DNA of 64,000 nucleotides from positions 148,873 through 212,872 of the forward strand of contig DASVBS010000053.1 of assembly GCA_036375715.1 (NCBI GenBank). Reading direction: 5' to 3'. The stretch comes from Longimicrobiaceae bacterium. Lineage in GTDB: Bacteria > Gemmatimonadota > Gemmatimonadetes > Longimicrobiales > Longimicrobiaceae. The translations under genes were made by a program, and so were the position numbers. Shown here one piece after another: positions 9,059 to 17,289 of this stretch; the first letter of the stretch is position 1; each line of letters opens with the position of its first letter. Below the pieces are notes generated by a model, which was not told where the DNA came from, ran no database searches, and saw nothing but the letters and a program-made list of their open reading frames with translations.

Positions 9059-10042
9059 CTACAATGGTAACTCACGGGCGCGCCGCGGGGCGCCCATTGC
9101 GTAAAAAATTTGCGCAGCGGAGCGGGCATACGACAACGATTCCTGCTTCTTCCCCTGCACTTGGCAAAGCTTTGCTAGCTCAATAAGAGCTTCTGCCTGC
9201 AGCAGCTTGACACCAAGAGTTCTGCCGGCAGCAAGCGCTTCGCCAAGCAACTCCTGCGCGCCAGCCAAATCCCCCGAATGTCCAAGTATACATCCCATTG
9301 CACGTAGTCCTTCGGCTCGAAGGCGATTATTCTTTAACTTTTCAGCGCGGGCTAAAGCGATTCTGGCCGCTGAACGTGCGATCTTCGTTTCACCAGCATA
9401 TGAAAGCAACAACGCGCGCTCGAGCGCGGTCGCCGTTGCCTCCTCAGGGCTGCCGTGTTTCGCGAAATGTTCAGCGGCCGCGCTGAACTCACGTTCAGCT
9501 ACCTGTAGGCAATTGATCCGTCGGAAGCACATTCCAAGGTTATGTGCGCACGCTGCAACGGATGCTGCCTCGCCGAGCTGTTGAAAGGCCACCCGAGCGC
9601 GCTGTAGGGCCGTGATCGCTTGGACGGGATAACCGAGTATGTCCAATGCAATACCGTAGTTTTGCATTGAATATGCAACATATCTGTTGTCGCGGGCAAT
9701 CTCCGCATTCAGCTGGAGCTCGGCTAGCAATTCGATAGCCCCTCCAAGGTTGCCGAGTTCAATCTCTACAATTGCTTCAAGGTTCAGAATCCTGCGAAAC
9801 ACGCGATCGTTTATGGAAGGTATTGCGGCTCGGAGTTCGCGGACCATGTTTCTGGCTTCCAGCTCTTTACCGAGCATGTAGTATCCGTATGCCAGCAGGT
9901 ACCGCAGCGTATCGTCCGAATCGCGCACATCGAGAGGCGCTTCCTCGAGCACCTCGACTAGCTCCCGGAAGTTCTTGCGTGCTGCGAGGGACTCGGCCTT
10001 TTCGACCAGATCCATCCGCTCCATCACGCTCAGCATCCTCAC
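9059..10042 (-). CDS. TPR-repeat protein, compositionally atypical (about 55% GC)
   Basis: 327 aa of repeated 34-aa helical units. Start ATG overlaps the stop of the upstream EBP gene (ATGA). GC content is much lower than the flanks. Confidence 0.65.
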   Translation of the reverse strand: MRMLSVMERMDLVEKAESLAARKNFRELVEVLEEAPLDVRDSDDTLRYLLAYGYYMLGKELEARNMVRELRAAIPSINDRVFRRILNLEAIVEIELGNLGGAIELLAELQLNAEIARDNRYVAYSMQNYGIALDILGYPVQAITALQRARVAFQQLGEAASVAACAHNLGMCFRRINCLQVAEREFSAAAEHFAKHGSPEEATATALERALLLSYAGETKIARSAARIALARAEKLKNNRLRAEGLRAMGCILGHSGDLAGAQELLGEALAAGRTLGVKLLQAEALIELAKLCQVQGKKQESLSYARSAAQIFYAMGAPRRARELPL

Positions 10043-11376
10043 CCCTCCCCGTTGCGCAGCAGCACATACAGATGCCGTCTGCTGATTCCCAGCGCCTTCG
10101 CGGCCTCGCTCTTGTTCCCGCCGCAGTACTCGGTCATCGCGCGGGCGGCGGCGCTGGCGATGGTGTGCATGGGCGCCGGGAAAGGAATGAAGGCCGGAGC
10201 CCGGGCGGGCGCGGATCCGGGCCCCGTAGCGGCAAAGAGGTGCTCCCGCCGCAACTCACCCTCGCCCAGCAGCACCGCACGCTCGATGGCGTTGCGGAGC
10301 TCCCGTACATTGCCCGGCCAGGAATGGGCGAGGAGAATGCGCTTGATCTCAGGCGGAAGGTTCGGCCGGGGGAGCTGGTACTGCTCGGACAGACGATCGA
10401 GAAAGCTGGAGGCGAGCAGCAGGACGTCGTCGCCCCGCTCGCGCAGAGGGGGCAGGTGGATCGGCAAGACGCTGAGACGATAGTAGAGGTCCTGGCGGAA
10501 TTTCCCCTCGGTGACTGCGACGTACAGATCCACATGGGTGGCGGCGATGATGCGGATATCCACCTCCTGGTCACGCACACTGCCCAGACGCCGCACCCGC
10601 TTGTCCTCCAGGACCCGCAGCAGCTTCGCTTGCAGGTTGAGCGAGAGCTCGCCGACCTCGTCGAGAAAGAGCGTGCCGCCGTTCGCGGCCTCGAGCAGAC
10701 CCGGCTTGGGCGCCCGCGCGTCCGTGAAGGCACCCGCTTCGTAGCCGAAGAGCTCGGCCTCGAGCAGGTTCTCCGGGAGGGCGCTGCAGTTGATTTCGAT
10801 CAGCGGCTTTGCGGCCCGCGGACCGTTGTAGTGGATCGCTTTGGCCAGCAGTTCCTTGCCCGTCCCGGTCTCACCCGTGAGCAGGACGGTCGCCGAACCC
10901 CGCGGGATGACGCGCGTGGCCAGCTCCAGCGCCTCCAGCAGGGCCTGACTGCGGCCGATCATGCGTGAGAAGTCGTACCGCGCGCGCCCCTCCGCCGCCA
11001 TCAGCGCCGCGCGGGCATTGCCGACCACCGCATCCATGCGCTCGGAAATCCACCCGCGCATGGTTCCGAGGTCGTCGGGTAAGGCGAAGTAGTTGTCCGC
11101 GCCCGAGCGGAGCAGGGAGGCCACCAGCCGATAGTCCTTTTCGACGCCGACCACCGCGAGCGCCGGAGCCTCGCGCCGGGTCAGCGCGTCGATGACGGTG
11201 ATCGCGTCCTGCTCTCTGCCCCCCGCCGCGATCAACACGGCGCAAGCCTCGTCCAGATTTCTGAGTTCCGCCGGCGATCCCGCACACTGCAGGTCCGCAT
11301 CGAGTGATCGGGCGAGCTTGGGCCAGAGCTCGTAGAACGAGTCGTTGAGCGTGAGGACCGCGAGGGAAGGGGGCAT
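10039..11376 (-). CDS. sigma-54-dependent Fis-family transcriptional regulator (receiver + AAA+ + HTH)
   Basis: Carries GETGTGKE (Walker A), the GAFTDA sigma-54 contact motif, ESELFGHE-like ELFGYEAG, and a C-terminal Fis-type HTH. Start placed at MPPSL ahead of the receiver-like domain; the track ORF extends to 11682. Confidence 0.75.
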   Translation of the reverse strand: MPPSLAVLTLNDSFYELWPKLARSLDADLQCAGSPAELRNLDEACAVLIAAGGREQDAITVIDALTRREAPALAVVGVEKDYRLVASLLRSGADNYFALPDDLGTMRGWISERMDAVVGNARAALMAAEGRARYDFSRMIGRSQALLEALELATRVIPRGSATVLLTGETGTGKELLAKAIHYNGPRAAKPLIEINCSALPENLLEAELFGYEAGAFTDARAPKPGLLEAANGGTLFLDEVGELSLNLQAKLLRVLEDKRVRRLGSVRDQEVDIRIIAATHVDLYVAVTEGKFRQDLYYRLSVLPIHLPPLRERGDDVLLLASSFLDRLSEQYQLPRPNLPPEIKRILLAHSWPGNVRELRNAIERAVLLGEGELRREHLFAATGPGSAPARAPAFIPFPAPMHTIASAAARAMTEYCGGNKSEAAKALGISRRHLYVLLRNGEG

Positions 11377-11674
11377 GGCGGGTACCGAGCGGGAGGGGTG
11401 GCAATTCCCGGCGCAATATACGCGAGAGCTTGACCCGACGCCATGTTTTTGTTGTCCCGGTCTCAGGCGCGAATGGGGTGTGCTCCGGGACATCAGCCCT
11501 GTACCCGATAGCCACACCTCGTAGCAGCCCTTCCTCCAACCAGAGTGCAGCAAGTTCTTCTGCGGTAAGGAGTTTACACCTTCCCTCCGGCCGCTACGTG
11601 CAGGAACAGGCGTTGCCTCGGTTGATCTCGGCGCCCACCCCGGGCGCGCCGAGCTCCAACTCGAGGGTGACCCC

Positions 11675-12520
11675 ATGAGCACTTCCTCCCTCCGCTTCCC
11701 CTTTCCGGTCGTCGGCCCGGCACGCCCTCAACTCGGTCACCCGCCAGCCAGCGGCGAAGAAGGGGCACACTTTCTGATCCGTCCACCGTATCGAAAGCTG
11801 GAACTGCATCCCTCGTTGCAGGCGCTCGAGCGACACGCGCACGCCCCCGGTGTGATCGCGGGGGTTCGCATCCGCTCGGGCACCGATTGGTCCAGGGTAC
11901 AACCCCTGGTCGCCCGCCTGCGTGCAAGCCTGCTCGACGCGGCCATCGTGCTCCTGCTCCCGGGCGGCTCGGGGGTGGATCTGATGCTCTCCGCGCGGGC
12001 GGCGCGCGGCGGCGTTCGCGCCGTGCTGGTGGACGAGGAAGGGATGCAGGAGCGCCTGCGTACGGCGCTCACTTGCCGCGATTCGCTGGCGGAGGACGTG
12101 GTCGAGTGGCTCATGCTTCGTCGCTTGCGGCTCTCGCCGACCGTCGCGAGCCTGCTCCGGGAGATCTTCAGCCACGCGCCGAACCATCCCGACCTGACCA
12201 CCCTCTTATCAGGCGTGGGGATGGCCGAGAGCAGCGCGCGCTTCCGACTGCACAAGCGCCTGCTCCCCACCCCGAGCCGCTGGTTCCAGGTGGCCAGGGC
12301 CCTCCACTGCGCGCTGCGTGTACAGGCTGAACCTCAAACCTCGCTGCTGCACATCGCGCACGAGTTCGGCTTCGCCGACCATTCCGCCCTGAGTCAGCTG
12401 ATCTTCCGTGCCTTCCAGGTGCGCCCGGGCGCCGTCCGGGGCACCCTCGGTTGGGAGTGGCTGATGCACCGCTGGATCCGAACGATTCCCGAGGGCGCGC
12501 ACACCACCCGCGCTCCGTGA
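11675..12520 (+). CDS. AraC-family HTH transcriptional regulator
   Basis: C-terminal tandem AraC-type HTH (…IAHEFGFADHSALSQLIFRAFQVRPG…). Confidence 0.55.
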   Translation: MSTSSLRFPFPVVGPARPQLGHPPASGEEGAHFLIRPPYRKLELHPSLQALERHAHAPGVIAGVRIRSGTDWSRVQPLVARLRASLLDAAIVLLLPGGSGVDLMLSARAARGGVRAVLVDEEGMQERLRTALTCRDSLAEDVVEWLMLRRLRLSPTVASLLREIFSHAPNHPDLTTLLSGVGMAESSARFRLHKRLLPTPSRWFQVARALHCALRVQAEPQTSLLHIAHEFGFADHSALSQLIFRAFQVRPGAVRGTLGWEWLMHRWIRTIPEGAHTTRAP

Positions 12521-12633
12521 CCTGTACGCTTCTTTCTGACGCTGACGGAATCGCCCTGTCTCTGCCCTCCGGTAGATTAGGGAGCGCACGGCCGTGCACC
12601 GCTTCGTTCCTCATCTTCTACCGTGGAGGTGCC

Positions 12634-12828
12634 ATGCACAGCCTCGCAGCGTCGCGGGCGGTCACCATCGAGCTCGCCCCGTGGGGGCACGATCTGACTG
12701 CGGAGGAGCTGGACACGATCCGTGGAGGCGTGATCGATCCGGTGGGTATTGCGGTGCTGGTCTTTGCCGGGGGCGTCGTGGTCGGGATCCTCGACCGGAT
12801 CCTCTTCGGCGGGTGCAAGTGCCGCTGA
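12634..12828 (+). CDS. double-glycine-leader peptide A (bacteriocin/RiPP-like precursor)
   Basis: GGAGGT RBS. Leader …LTAEELDTIRGG, then a 32-aa hydrophobic Gly-rich core ending GGCKCR. Confidence 0.6.
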   Translation: MHSLAASRAVTIELAPWGHDLTAEELDTIRGGVIDPVGIAVLVFAGGVVVGILDRILFGGCKCR

Positions 12829-12862
12829 GCGCTACCTCAACCTGCGTGAAAGGAGGCCCGTG

Positions 12863-13030
12863 ATGTTGGACGTCCTGCCCGCCGGAACGATTCCGCTCGA
12901 GGCGGAGGAGCTTGACCAGGTAGTCGGCGGAGTTTCCATCTGGCGCATCATTGCCGGAGCGGCGGTCGTCGGGTACACGGTCGGCCGGTGGGTTGCCTGC
13001 GCGGTCGAATGTCTCGTCTTCGACGCCTGA
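12863..13030 (+). CDS. double-glycine-leader peptide B (bacteriocin/RiPP-like precursor)
   Basis: AAGGAGG RBS. Leader MLDVLPAGTIPLEAEELDQVVGG, then a 32-aa core with GxxxG-type motifs, one Tyr, and C-x3-C near the C-terminus. Confidence 0.6.
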   Translation: MLDVLPAGTIPLEAEELDQVVGGVSIWRIIAGAAVVGYTVGRWVACAVECLVFDA

Positions 13031-13094
13031 TACGCATCGAGCCGGAGACGGGTTCGCCCGTCTCCGGCGATCGCCGGTAAACAGGGAGTCTGTC

Positions 13095-13793
13095 ATGATC
13101 GAGCAACCCGATGCCACGGGGCGCCAACGACTGAGCCGGAGCTGGCGACGCGGTTCGATCCTCGTCGGGCTCGGTTCGGCGGCGGGCGTGGCGCTGCCCT
13201 ATGTCGTCGCCGCGCCCTCCGACACCCTGAGGATCCTTGCTCTCGTCGGTGGCCTGGTCGGCGTGGTGTGTCTGTGGCTGCTGGCGGATGCCTTCCGGCC
13301 ATGGATCACCGACGACGCGGGGCAAGAAGAGCGGGATCACGCGGAGCGTTCGGTGCTCCGGGCCTACCGTTTCCTGGCGGCCCTGGCCGTGGCTTTCGGC
13401 GCGTACCTGGTGCTCTGGGACCCTCCGCTGGATGCGCTGGGAGCGAGGCAGGTCCGGACGCTGATTTGGGTATGCATCGGGCTCGTCCTGCTTCTCCCTC
13501 CCCTGATGTCGGCGTGGGCGGATCGGCCGGAGGAGGAGGGGTGGGAAGAAGTGACCCTGGCCGAGCTGCTGCACGGGCGTTTCCGCGGAGTGTCCGGGCG
13601 CCTGCACCGGGCGGCCCTGGTGGTGCTGTTAGCCGCTGTCCCTCTGCTGGTGATCGGCCCACGACCGCCGTCGGGGACGCGGGAGCTCTGGTGGCTGGGT
13701 GCTCTGGCGGTATGTGTCACCGGCCTGGTCCTTGGCCTCTGGGTACTCGCGCGGACGCTGCTCCGCGATCGTGGCGCGGACGGGAACGGCTGA
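13095..13793 (+). CDS. polytopic membrane protein (candidate immunity/accessory protein)
   Basis: AGGGAG RBS; about six hydrophobic helices. Sits between the precursor peptides and the export genes. Confidence 0.5.
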   Translation: MIEQPDATGRQRLSRSWRRGSILVGLGSAAGVALPYVVAAPSDTLRILALVGGLVGVVCLWLLADAFRPWITDDAGQEERDHAERSVLRAYRFLAALAVAFGAYLVLWDPPLDALGARQVRTLIWVCIGLVLLLPPLMSAWADRPEEEGWEEVTLAELLHGRFRGVSGRLHRAALVVLLAAVPLLVIGPRPPSGTRELWWLGALAVCVTGLVLGLWVLARTLLRDRGADGNG

Positions 13794-13806
13794 TCGAGAG
13801 GTTGCT

Positions 13807-15000
13807 GTGCTGCAGGACCCATCGAGTATGCAAGACCTGGAGCCGTTCGACCCGGACCGGCTGGACCTCTACCTCCGGCGCTGGGGAGACGGGGGCGGCG
13901 CCATCTACGGCGCCATCCTCGGGCTGATCGTCCTGGTGATCGCCGCGATTCCGCTGATCGAGGTGCCAGTGTCCCTGCGGGCGGCGGGCATACTGCGGAG
14001 TCGGGCGGAGACGCAGACACTCGTGGCGCCGGTCGGAGGATGGATTCGCTGGGTCCGCCGGGCGGAGGACCGCAAGGTCGGGGCGGGTGACACGCTGCTC
14101 GTGCTGGATCGGCCGGAGCTCGCCCAGCGCGCCGCGGTCCTGGCGGCCCGCCGGGAGGAGCTCCATCGCGAGCTGCGGGACTTGGAGGCCTTGGTCGCGG
14201 GGGCCCGCGGGTCGACGCGCACGCCTGCGCTCACGAGTCCGCGCTATGCTGCGGAGCGCCGTCACTTCGATGACGAGTCAGCGCTCCTGCGGGGCCGGCT
14301 CGAAGCGGCGATACGGGAGCGAGATCGGGTCGAAGCGCTGGCCTCACTCGGGTTGGCACCGGCCGCGGAGGCAGAAGCAGTCGCGGCCCGAGTTCGTGCC
14401 CTGCGAGACGAGTCGGAGCTATTGCGGTCGGAGGCGCTCTCCCGTTGGCAGGAAGCGCTGGCTGCCGCCCGCGAGGCGCTGCGCTCGCTGGAGCTGGAGG
14501 AGTTGGAGCTGAGGCAGGAGCGGGGCCGTCTGGTGATCGTTGCTCCGTCCTCGGGTGACCTCGATACGCTGCACGCGTTCGCGACCGGGAGCTACGTCGC
14601 GCCCGGAGAGCCGGTCGCCCGGCTCACCCCCGTCTCGGCGCTGATCGCCGAGCTGTACCTCGATCCGGGCCAGCTAGGATCCGTCCGGCCAGGGTCCCCC
14701 GCCCGCCTCCAGGTAACCAGCCTTGCCTCCGGCCGGGGGGGCAGCCTGCGGGGCCGGGTTTACGACATCGCACCTCAGGCGGTGCAGATCGGTGGCCAGG
14801 TGATGGGGCGGTTGCGGGTACGGCCGGAAGCGGAAGCGTGGGAGATCTCCGACCTGCTGGGCCCGCTCCGCCGCGGCATGCTGGTCACTGCTCGACTGCC
14901 GGTGGGACGCCGATCGCTCTGGAGCCTCCTGCGCGGGCGGGTGGAGGCGCTACCCGGGGTACCCACCGCCGCCTCCGTTCCACTGCGAAGCGCCGGTTGA
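13807..15000 (+). CDS. HlyD-family membrane fusion protein (bacteriocin secretion accessory)
   Basis: N-terminal TM, long coiled-coil, then a beta-barrel C-terminal region. GTG at 13807 has a GAGAGG RBS; an alternative ATG lies at 13828. Confidence 0.7.
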   Translation: MLQDPSSMQDLEPFDPDRLDLYLRRWGDGGGAIYGAILGLIVLVIAAIPLIEVPVSLRAAGILRSRAETQTLVAPVGGWIRWVRRAEDRKVGAGDTLLVLDRPELAQRAAVLAARREELHRELRDLEALVAGARGSTRTPALTSPRYAAERRHFDDESALLRGRLEAAIRERDRVEALASLGLAPAAEAEAVAARVRALRDESELLRSEALSRWQEALAAAREALRSLELEELELRQERGRLVIVAPSSGDLDTLHAFATGSYVAPGEPVARLTPVSALIAELYLDPGQLGSVRPGSPARLQVTSLASGRGGSLRGRVYDIAPQAVQIGGQVMGRLRVRPEAEAWEISDLLGPLRRGMLVTARLPVGRRSLWSLLRGRVEALPGVPTAASVPLRSAG

Positions 15001-15003
15001 AGG

Positions 15004-17187
15004 ATGCTCACCCGGCGGATTCCGCGAGTCCGTCAGCATGACGTGACGGACTGTGGGGCGGCGTGCATCTGCTCCGTTGCCCGGTACTTCGGAGTCGACG
15101 CACCGATTGCACGCATCCGCCAGTTGGCCGGTACCGACCAGGAAGGAACCAGCCTCCGGGGGATGATCCGGGCAGCCGAAGCGCTCGGCGTGGCCGCCCG
15201 TGGAGTGCGGGCCGCGGCGCACGCCCTTCCCTCGGTCCCTCTCCCGTGCATCGCCCACCTGCGCGACAAGCGCGGCGCGATGCATTTCGTGGTGGTCTAC
15301 CGGGTGACCGACCGCGTGATTGTGGTGATGGACCCCGCGGATGGCGCGGTGCATCGGCTCCGACGAGCGGCCTTCGCCGAACGATGGACCGGGATCCTGC
15401 TTCTTCTCGCCAGAGAACGGACGGCCCCTCCGGTAGCGACCGACAAGTCCGGTACCCTGAGCAGGTTCTGGAGACTGGCCTCTCCCCACCAGCGAGCGAT
15501 GGTGGAGGCCATGCTCGGCGCCATCGCCTATACCATCCTCGGCCTCGCCACCGCCGTGTTCGTGCAGACGGTCGTCGACCTGGTGATCCCGGAGGGTAAC
15601 CGCAGGCTGCTCGATCTCCTGACCCTGGCGATGATCATCCTGGTGGCCGCGCAGGTCTACATCCGCACCGTCAAGGATTCGCTCGTTCTGCAAACCGGAC
15701 AGAAGCTCGACGCGGCTCTGCTCCAGGGCTACTTCGAGCACCTGCTCACCCTGCCGCAGCGCTTCTACGACACCATGCGGGTCGGCGAGATCGTTTCACG
15801 TCTCAATGACGCGGTGAAGGTCCGGCATTTCCTGAACGAGGTCGCCGTCGATCTGCTGGTGAACACGCTGGTGATCGTCTCCTCCTTCGCTCTGATGCTG
15901 GTCTACTCGTGGCGCCTCGCGCTGCTGGTGGGTCTTTCCGTGCCGCTTTACATCGTAATCTACGCCGCATCCAACCGGCTGAACCGGCGCAACCAGCGTC
16001 GCACGATGGAGGCGGCGGCCGACTTCGAGGCGCACGTGGTCGAAACCGTTGGCGCCGTGCGGACCATTCGAGCGCTCGGTCTCGAGCGGCACTCCGCACT
16101 CCAGGCGGAACGGCGCCTGGTACGCTTGCTCCGCCCGATTTACGCGGTAGGAAGGACCGCGGTGCTTTCCGGCAGTGTGGGAGAGTTCGTCACCCGCATC
16201 AGCACGATTGCTCTGCTCTGGTTCGGTACCCGACTGGCCCTGCAGGATTCGCTGACGGCCGGCGAGCTCATGTCCTTCTACACGCTCAACGGACACCTCA
16301 CCATGCCGGTTCTTGCCGTGATCGCCGCCAACCGGCAGGTGCAGGATGCTCTCATCGCCGCCGAGCGACTCTTCGACATTCTGGACCTCGAGCGGGAGGT
16401 GGACACGGGTGTCGTGACCCTCGGGAGGGGCAGTCTGGGGGACATCCGTTTCAAGGACGTGCACTTCCGCTATGGCAGCCGACCCCCCCTGTTTCGCGGT
16501 CTGGACCTTTCCATTCCGCAGGGGTGCATTACGGCGGTCGTGGGGGAGAGTGGCTCGGGCAAGAGCACGCTCGCCGCCCTCCTCCAGCGGATTCATCTGC
16601 CGGAGTCGGGCAGGATCCTCTTCGGGGAAGTGGACATACGCTACATCCGGCGTGAGTCGCTCCAGCAGCGGGTCGCCGTGGTCCCGCAGGAGGTGGTGCT
16701 CTTCAGCGGGACCCTTCTGGACAACCTGCTTCCCGGCGAGACGCATCCGGACCTGCGGAGGCTGCAGGAAGTGCTCGGCAGGGTGGGGCTGCGAGACTTA
16801 GAGGAGAACCTGCCGGGCGGCCTCTTCACGCCGGTGGGAGAGCGCGGATACGCACTTTCCGGCGGTCAGCGTCAGCGAGTGGCGATCGCGCGTGCCCTCT
16901 ACCGCAATCCCGAGATACTCGTCCTGGACGAAGCCACTTCGGGTCTCGACGCGGAATCCGAGGCGCTGGTCCACGAAACGATGCGCCGTCTGGCCGCCGA
17001 GGGAGGGACGGTGGTTCTGATCACTCACCGGCTCACGAGCGCGAGGACGGCGGAGCACATCCTCGTGATTGCCAGGGGCAGCCTCGTGGAGGAGGGCTCG
17101 CACCAGACTCTCCTCGCCCACGACGGGCTCTATCGGCGGCTGTGGCTGGTACAGACCGGCGGAACAACCCGGTATGCGATGCCCTGA
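15004..17187 (+). CDS. peptidase C39-domain ABC transporter (PCAT, double-glycine peptide exporter)
   Basis: N-terminal C39 domain with catalytic Cys (VTDCGAAC), six TM helices, and an NBD with Walker A GESGSGKST and signature LSGGQRQR. Confidence 0.85.
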   Translation: MLTRRIPRVRQHDVTDCGAACICSVARYFGVDAPIARIRQLAGTDQEGTSLRGMIRAAEALGVAARGVRAAAHALPSVPLPCIAHLRDKRGAMHFVVVYRVTDRVIVVMDPADGAVHRLRRAAFAERWTGILLLLARERTAPPVATDKSGTLSRFWRLASPHQRAMVEAMLGAIAYTILGLATAVFVQTVVDLVIPEGNRRLLDLLTLAMIILVAAQVYIRTVKDSLVLQTGQKLDAALLQGYFEHLLTLPQRFYDTMRVGEIVSRLNDAVKVRHFLNEVAVDLLVNTLVIVSSFALMLVYSWRLALLVGLSVPLYIVIYAASNRLNRRNQRRTMEAAADFEAHVVETVGAVRTIRALGLERHSALQAERRLVRLLRPIYAVGRTAVLSGSVGEFVTRISTIALLWFGTRLALQDSLTAGELMSFYTLNGHLTMPVLAVIAANRQVQDALIAAERLFDILDLEREVDTGVVTLGRGSLGDIRFKDVHFRYGSRPPLFRGLDLSIPQGCITAVVGESGSGKSTLAALLQRIHLPESGRILFGEVDIRYIRRESLQQRVAVVPQEVVLFSGTLLDNLLPGETHPDLRRLQEVLGRVGLRDLEENLPGGLFTPVGERGYALSGGQRQRVAIARALYRNPEILVLDEATSGLDAESEALVHETMRRLAAEGGTVVLITHRLTSARTAEHILVIARGSLVEEGSHQTLLAHDGLYRRLWLVQTGGTTRYAMP

Positions 17188-17289
17188 AACCGACCGGCCA
17201 TGGTTGGTCCGGGCGGTCAACCCCGACAATCAGTACCGCGACCCACCATTGGACGGCTACCTCGCACCGCTACTCGTTGACGAGCAGCC

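Noticed and set aside
10039-11682. Full 547-aa reading of the sigma-54 regulator ORF
   Set aside because: The first roughly 100 residues are Ser/Arg/Pro-rich and would overlap the divergent AraC gene. The receiver-like domain begins at MPPSL (11376).
12581-12600. Possible sigma-54 -24/-12 promoter (gcGCACggccgTGCAc) in front of peptide A
   Set aside because: The conserved GG dinucleotide is not at the right spacing from the GC (cGCAC rather than GGCAC). The sequence is better explained as a 12-bp perfect palindrome and was kept as a candidate operator instead.
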